DNA from: Trypanosoma brucei
Taxonomy: Eukaryota
Length of the DNA stretch: 64,000 nucleotides
NCBI GenBank assembly: GCA_000002445.1
Contig: CP000067.1
Location: forward strand, 32,001-96,000
Direction of reading: 5' to 3'
Of this stretch, positions 62,001 through 64,000 are shown piece after piece. A program made the translations under genes and the position numbers. A model generated the notes under the pieces. The model saw only the letters and a program-made list of their open reading frames with translations, made no database searches and was not told the DNA's origin. Position 1 is the stretch's first letter. Each line of letters starts with the position of its first letter.

Positions 62001-63979
62001 GCACCAACTCCATGGCCCATTTGCATTTGGCGGCGGATGCGGAAACCAACTTTATGAGTCCCTCTTGCAGGTAGTGGCTTCTCCCCATAAAAAGCACCCC
62101 CACCGGTGACTCGGGTCCGACCACCCGTCCACCGTGGAATGAAGGCGCGTTGCGAACACTCGGGATAGATTTTTGCGCGTGCAAGCTCCGTAAGAGAATT
62201 CACAATGACATCGGGGGACATGGAACCTCGTAATGCCTCGACAGCCTCTGCAAAACAGTCCTGCCGTAGTGTACGTGCCATGTGGCCAAGGGAGCGAGCC
62301 GCACGTGCTTTCACCCAGTGATCATGAGCCTCGCTTAATGTAATCGAACAAATTCGTAATATTTCGAGGTGGGCCGAGCGACTAACTAGACTGCAACGAA
62401 AACTATCAATAACGACGTTAACTATGCGAAAAAGTCTCGTTAGTAAAACACCACCAATATGGAGTCTTTGCCTCTTGAGTAAGTGAGTGCTTTCATCACT
62501 GTATAGGTGTTTGAGACTCGTGACAAGTTCAACAACAACATCTCTAAGAAATACGGAGGCTTCCTCAAGCAGCGCACAAATAGAATCCCCATTCGCATTG
62601 AAGCCGGGTTGGCCAAGCCGTTGTAGATTCTTCAAGCATACGGTTACGAGATAATGCACGGCAATAAACGAAGCATCACTAATCATAACAGGCGAAACGG
62701 TTTGAGTCCGACAAGAGCTGTGCAGAGAAGCCATATCAAATTCGAACGGAGCGTTTTCTCCGAAGTTCACTATCAGTTTGACGAGCATTCCATCCGTCTG
62801 CACGGCAACAAATGGTATAATGGTGGAAAAGGTACATTCGGTAGCAATTCCTAGAAATTCCCCGTTGCGAGTAAAGAATAAACTGGAAGATGGGGCCATA
62901 ATGCCGCAGCCAATGACGTCTCCGACCGACCAAGGAGTCGAAAATTCCACATTAGCGTTGGAATACCTTACAGTTCCATCTGAACAAAAAGCTGCTGAAC
63001 AATCCTTTCCGACTGACTCACACGACGAAATGGAGGAACTTGTAACACCAATGCAAACAAAAACCTCCTCATTGAGAGCAAGTTCGAGAGTTATTTCAAA
63101 GTACAAAACCTCCGCCATATCAGCCAACACACACCCACCAGCGAGAGCTGCATAGCAATCCCGTTGAGCTGGTGACATATCAAATGCCTCCTCTGCTTTA
63201 AAGGCTCTCCACTGATTACGTGCTAAGAAACATATGTCGGCACCTTCAACATGTACGCCCAGTGTATCACCCTCCACTACTGTAGCACCATCCGCTGCAG
63301 GCTGTAATGAATTTGGTACAATGACGCTACGATAAAGCAAATTAAATAAGCCACGATCCTGTAAGAAACGGTGCCACGCAATATCAGTGCTGCTTCCATT
63401 AAGTGGAGTGACTACCGTATCTGCAATCGGTGCGAGAATATAGGTTTTAAGAACGCGGAAAACTTTCGACGGATTTATTGCGGAAAGGTCCACACTGTCC
63501 CATGGGTGGCAAAGAACGGCACACAGAGAAAGCGCCTCCATACCCCTTGACGCCTCGCATTGCAGCTTGGCCTCAACTATTCGCGAAAAATTGCGGTGAA
63601 TAACACAGTGAAAAAAGCTACAGGTTGCCCTCTGGAGCTCCAGTTCCCGCTGGAACCCACAACCAATAATTGGCTCAATGTAGTGAACCTCCGTCAGATC
63701 CTCTAAAGTAGCCTCGCTATAACCAGAGTTAGTACGGACATTATTGGAGGCTTCGTTGCTGTATTCACGGCGCCTCGATCGTATAAACTCCCTGTAGAAA
63801 AGGTGTGAGTTCACGATTAACCACGACATATCCTCATCTAGTTGGTGAGAAGACAACAGTTTTTCCTGAAGCCTGAGTACGGCCTTGTTATTGCTGGCGT
63901 ACCTTGCTTTTTCAACAAGTGCCCTTACCAAATCCTCGTTCGTAACACCGTTACACCCATTAAGAAGAAATTTGAACAC
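48881..63979 (-). CDS. Giant HECT-domain E3 ubiquitin-protein ligase (partial). At least 5032 codons fall inside the window, and the N-terminus extends past the window end.
   Basis: The C-terminal ~400 aa form a canonical HECT domain (AGFGSTDVGGPYRDILSQLATE ... FEFFGKFLAACFITKDLLAVEFPPLFWKLLL ... TCFFTLRIPAYSS with the catalytic Cys). The reading frame stays open through position 64000, since the codon at 63977-63979 is GTG and not a real start. Confidence 0.9.
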   Translation of the reverse strand: MFKFLLNGCNGVTNEDLVRALVEKARYASNNKAVLRLQEKLLSSHQLDEDMSWLIVNSHLFYREFIRSRRREYSNEASNNVRTNSGYSEATLEDLTEVHYIEPIIGCGFQRELELQRATCSFFHCVIHRNFSRIVEAKLQCEASRGMEALSLCAVLCHPWDSVDLSAINPSKVFRVLKTYILAPIADTVVTPLNGSSTDIAWHRFLQDRGLFNLLYRSVIVPNSLQPAADGATVVEGDTLGVHVEGADICFLARNQWRAFKAEEAFDMSPAQRDCYAALAGGCVLADMAEVLYFEITLELALNEEVFVCIGVTSSSISSCESVGKDCSAAFCSDGTVRYSNANVEFSTPWSVGDVIGCGIMAPSSSLFFTRNGEFLGIATECTFSTIIPFVAVQTDGMLVKLIVNFGENAPFEFDMASLHSSCRTQTVSPVMISDASFIAVHYLVTVCLKNLQRLGQPGFNANGDSICALLEEASVFLRDVVVELVTSLKHLYSDESTHLLKRQRLHIGGVLLTRLFRIVNVVIDSFRCSLVSRSAHLEILRICSITLSEAHDHWVKARAARSLGHMARTLRQDCFAEAVEALRGSMSPDVIVNSLTELARAKIYPECSQRAFIPRWTGGRTRVTGGGAFYGEKPLPARGTHKVGFRIRRQMQMGHGVGASLGGCYYIGLSHGHTPVTTMASLISRDDVYILQDADDGDQVPHLLLRRQTIPRNSQRRVYGCDEVVWVELNADVGEITYYRENMVRIGLAFANIHRVDDLYPFVFHFNEDAVCDIIADPSQVKESCELLLSSLRRGVAVSVLQQLHVTPYFGPAISDWIYSFFVRSSYDLEKCIVALAILGGERSGLFCQHKTHGPVVVDSISESASRAVVYLEADPDGRQFSTDVADLKPSFVMPALFSVSEGESLRCCGWLTSGLRRILFEASAVVPLMNDEKEQRMDIAENFVKTITDAMNMEYTALQIIRHETTNQKGSVTLLRRNAPVSATQSTSSSFRMVNGQQPMSRTPVVIDRRFSTKSLFTPSPSIGVTSAAHYSAVRGNVVLEDVFSFAVSITIAESKGTLMYIGVTAETEEPAEPQAIVRCENIWALCNRDSEGTNNTNCFVEPGMIYSAGQLLFDSDDVVIIKVNRQEGTASFSRVRGGKCVDFGVLFEKIPEEKKLRPFVLTGPDSVVVFSFLDCHTFPARNTYPPSNISALTRSTPPVLCASCGSEMLEAWYEGEGGICLCSECFNSWRYPKCMFHFTDHNDNLTDYLLSQHSPKELVVGSIVGFMETAAFAWMRDKSVNVQIDGSTCIATDGAAFAVLDDFSTYGDSRVDVTVSHVAGVDGFSFGGLHSFDLLWCVNNLLQTSVSIKSNMILISPTVIPNSSKVVVSMLFLDEDIEPSPVDASAIFVGVTSEECDYRVMTSAEFERRIAHGNIWGTWSDSKTKAATPRSVYLSVDMTKGSIMLSSSLRGLHLHPTVATCNCPIEEDTNLRVIVFTRTPCQVTSTGGWVSVNDDALDINSSSVAVGLIPSNCIGPDIGIMGCNNLLFDTLSYTMAQCGTAWKVAPRIAEEGTGILFSIGDTITVERVDREVAAYRNGLLIATYTIPPETLLHRPRLVAYLSTRGMTATVVPPLFGKAHLGRVVRTCGSGVGVVKCLCPCQGKREYVVRKRDVRHCALSADAAAIVVGAKVAFKAGSLVQPKRGLVTSIGGNTVNVCDETDKRVCFSLDKNSIYVLDNEGPHKVLQPPYPALKAPDGSVTRVFVVGSTKFRLLRNESYNGIMFDVRAEDSVVLTGLTVLTHASGRHRVEVFFKKGSHQMHERTSGSWTKIFSNFVKMRAGRQFSVTFHGIRIEGGSTFALYINATHNFGVGHYAKEGGCSGAVSSEMDSDGTLTVLMGRTSESSTPFTDVSSNSCGFCGSIVYVRSEEAQALAVEETDSVVWREWDERNNDGCSDHLPLVSRPQMSTLSERAEFVVTVFDGPVVLRELLLPVFVQPYVGHTIGPMSFHVSLYCADVNDSTEGVTSRERNWVWVHHEVLLPKECSHRIVMNKLQLKMKRGTYVFSAVCERTMGMVRERGRERIRCFFTCSEQGHCVSNTFFSVRGLVGNILAVPANPMSVSEVLSAISTGGHLSQNNSASYNGIMFDIRSKQDVLLEEIFCISQTTADNINVRVFWKEGSMKGAEKVPSKWKEVATRYLYLADKQTFSPGPLNLQLRANQMYALYVNTTSSCGVRFYNSSDGHVGDVGDEFESDGVLTIYVGKKSEGIVPFLEIPSEPRAFRGRVTYRLIVQRRLLGRNMAVFPAVQGFVITRLLTALVAFASGPFSVTQPFEDTGVIESLGKLVKARPGNVGRQEISEDLLSGVVNGNLTDALGDGVVTLPFGVNGVAYFNSLCKGDLAVIALGSGEFSAGELVRLVSDPDIKSQVAVEVGRGGTPVCVTVPVDCLVPVIECGWCHQPFAVESVCQATGTVHFPALREEEHLISILARYIAQRWNLSFDAGSACASSLVRHTRSTNFAADRIIKARRHDSISGRALDSGSVEYMLSPELLHEDGWNEKCCSFACPFVYNENLAAFVSLLFTPLGDSWGVAFVTDLPLRLSSKSRPKLLQVSLHIVFGDDIEQDILYEPATYYAAHGGPLHEQLGVFAPSQYCFFVKRRGCDCLRLSICEMTFPPPTPFMSSVSHPWRWAGGYDTVELKPSEACELEGVFSTGAWPVNKPRFWKLGAVSATSANVFFLEVLVQLFRPIFKINWEGSRNSVIHRSFSLARDEELTLAFTADNDFVVYDEDDNVRCHVSYREHVGSSLKGISPKIAVMNVGPHPTSLYLHSPREVIDRGISTRSRSWSEGVVEYTPVWTLCNPSKVVISNKGRTASCNDASGQAVIGSPLPTVGLSGFVVQITRSDRAGGDSLGSGHFAGIVVSTFDQLEPHFVKLREQVDQVWIVQDVLDGDSLPTQERIPPIDSSGNTMFLAGTKLHFLLDRDNGTLSLARNNESPRVVFHNIPSNLSVSPFVRLDHANASATLATFYGGALGAGKFRAPPSVVLASHPITPTILRRIPFRVVVSTYTVLRHVLYSLPSDRVTAIELIWCDHCGNSKLAYRLSNALKQLAEVGAFSREMIRVEDKKLEEFCGQTAVRRVVDALSSPLDKPHVFIPGTADEGDTFIRLPSAYEVIGRVGGSSMVRLLYFDDNTTSKRTLHIFSHDDPEITVTSFNVVTKHPCVMYQEDIMQSLDSSKSFGVITHGWFDGTLNSLDMERFSKQQQKSIVMSLLAALEHWHLHSLIHGNIHPKNVYVKTGRGATVTCAVWNVYTLRRYDHFASPQLQRQGTRDMKGDLWSCAQLLRMFSTFLICEEGFRSAAGMLEKGNMTISYILDQLREFADDAKKSAGEETIFLQTGRQACIPGNSCSGIMFDVIAKRNKVNIVKVYFVSDTTSTATVTLFMRNGTFRGVEEQGGEWQVVMRRDMELARGVEAKVEGFESITISPGEHVAFFLHTTNHSSIMFYTVSEDGRPGLSNVALEDKYIGITAGRVTTCTLPFSSIQKEKQLLHGGITYTIPSQSCGYRSYLCQRVNARDLQFNRPVGGPVTVESLGRGLILCESGEQRLIFLGGTRMEWVQWETVSRVSFDDSPAWRQLEDDLRGVICGRYLSLGSLNPPHMQSSKLQFNRRICNQCAVTDRLTTEGDFFWWVSDPIRTSCIVSVKEISSVQGSSLFVSSSEGTDGEDLSKVESLDGKKHIFIYVDELGRCVTSLEDGGYRIVKKLQDDLSQAALFLVYGPVPTCEDIFPLSVFVNARSYNCDFTQFEDDTAVFSYDTSVPLEHNLLFNGFALKCCAVPHETPKFSVASCVTYRSDVSAVSLPFCDVPQTKEDAERDLSPILERQNHRRRLLLKFQRQQPWVEEEVTFSASPQHVTISNGCVQHVSSIGPQSCTVTKPVIEGLKLHEIELLVCTSVQFPARVTFQHPPTAWFVDVPIPIIPVHGESLILPTSSVKCVRLYIRVIPWAKRALVVVNGETVYEVLQGRDCPADMQLSFTLSAPGTSVKVVHWRVLHKEDSPVQRSAMDTIWTQLMIDRISPNVSQGMGSLGQHSWNTPAIGIQSGGESSLIPQVEEAMVSYAKKLIGTVIMSCNSSDTLKTLQHLLPYTTLRNDLSSLTALVRAEVRRSSFFLLAAAYACLAAPFAAQSAENVEVSVNLIYVSLSLDGVIHLLSTSFGSTLMLLLLRTATAHVRAVRNVALRCVLQLLKMSNCPLPSHEALCASLAPLLAVISSMCQRGKMSCTFVQLGILLVSELLQRYQLERPSLPAPGRQSCVPYAIVICTKLAIEAVTSKPPRPLPEAFTRGQQESHRISFELLTGPTSPEGYCSCYGVFSQTFRCTFGSKKFEVVLNSARCGNVVVGWNMDASLPGSLAAGTSDKDQSSASTLLPSCGYLIKPNGKIHLCLSRKKESQPLQVRAKGGDIVLVTCLYHEQAVIFNLQRESKNETTTRFETFPNEMLALPVFFAERREDATFHGEQLLTEASTGMDVSQLYSRFQEHPHRLDTEVVAQSFEFYAELSLFCQTFSISEKLLVSPNGDASLTVPSHDLVEYTHLLSFLGADVLGNDVPIERLVPYVKRLQIFDTLTAVFSVVVDIRRSTELFEMWKKLKSLCSAESSKKIQNETMRPFRNRTGHKGKVTIHTMHARASVRYGFYPTLMRSVFGQLFAQLQRSPISIFYVSPMFTVKLAGFGSTDVGGPYRDILSQLATEIMSTHPSGKFQQNPLFKDCGCDGQLAVMPNATMALEFQLFPMFEFFGKFLAACFITKDLLAVEFPPLFWKLLLSEETSLRDLRAMDRDIMRQLTPEALAERTAEELEERFPGLQESWLRFCSENSHLRMREELPPVDLRTAGILAEHIASIEVHKYDVVISHIRHGFGQVIPLYTLNAFRWQQVELIICGTPKLSCQALRDVCEVSLPSNDSQMFDEVIETMCDKDRMLLLRFTTGQTRLPLKENIKVKRGGTRDSLPTSNTCFFTLRIPAYSSIDVMRDRILYAIRHCEAIDTDGLAQEHIVLDA
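53340..53790 (-). other. Repeat module R3 (~150 aa beta-sandwich-like module beginning CSGIMFDV...).
   Basis: Homologous to R1 and R2: a (Y/S)xGIMFD(V/I) opening, then a hydrophobic-alternating strand pattern, with the S/T-rich middle most evident in R3. Confidence 0.5.
54000..54600 (-). other. Protein-kinase-like (probable pseudokinase) domain embedded in the HECT giant.
   Basis: Gly-rich loop-like IGRVGGSSMV. Catalytic-loop-like LIHGNIHPKNV, with HGN where active kinases have HRD. Subdomain IX-like DLWSCAQLL. No clear DFG motif. Confidence 0.5.
57170..57625 (-). other. Repeat module R2 (SYNGIMFDIRSKQDV...).
   Basis: Same module as R1 and R3. Confidence 0.5.
58250..58715 (-). other. Repeat module R1 (SYNGIMFDVRAEDSV...).
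   Basis: Same module as R2 and R3. Confidence 0.5.
62735..63292 (-). other. SPRY/B30.2-like domain near the N-terminal end of the visible part of the HECT giant.
   Basis: WSVGDVIGCGI ... LFFTRNGEFLG, a characteristic SPRY signature. Confidence 0.5.
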
Positions 63980-64000
63980 TAAGGTTGAAATACTCTCCGT

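Noticed and set aside
63977-63979. Track start codon M of the 5032-aa ORF and of several RHS ORFs (24540-24542, 16335-16337, 12931-12933)
   Set aside because: The underlying codons are GTG, not ATG. The HECT frame remains open to the window end, so these are ORF-finder conventions, not real initiation sites.
1-64000. Prokaryote-style features (CRISPR arrays, operon promoters, rho-independent terminators)
   Set aside because: The sequence is clearly trypanosomatid nuclear DNA (RHS genes, a RIME element, unidirectional gene organisation). No CRISPR-like short direct-repeat/spacer arrays are present.

Overview
This window looks like a Trypanosoma brucei-group nuclear chromosome segment. The call rests on RHS-family genes, an ingi/RIME-type retroposon, AT-rich intergenic DNA with polypyrimidine/AG splice-acceptor contexts, and all genes on one strand as in a polycistronic unit. 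Everything credible is on the minus strand.

In transcription order (high to low coordinates):
- A giant HECT-type E3 ubiquitin ligase gene (>5032 codons, N-terminus beyond the window end) at 48881-63979+.
- A ~2.5 kb gene-free stretch.
- A tandem array (20346-46360) of about five 5.43 kb units, each carrying a 565-572 aa RHS (retrotransposon hot spot) family gene that lacks the usual C-terminal RHS domain.
- An intact RHS gene lacking the N-terminal domain (17436-19463).
- An almost full-length RHS pseudogene (14048-16410).
- A weak metallophosphoesterase-like pseudogene (about 11160-12933).
- A heavily degenerate RHS pseudogene (7136-10102) interrupted in frame by a ~500 bp RIME-type retroposon with poly(A) and an 11 bp target-site duplication.
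- A second N-domain-less RHS gene (2907-4946).

Three copies of a ~440 bp conserved 5' flank module sit directly upstream of three of these RHS members. No rRNA, tRNA or CRISPR features were seen.

The ORF track appears to allow GTG starts, so several track 'M' residues are really Val. The most interesting points are the HECT giant's domain content (SPRY, three GIMFD repeat modules, a pseudokinase-like domain), the structure and mosaicism of the RHS array, and the RIME insertion caught exactly at the P-loop region of an RHS pseudogene.
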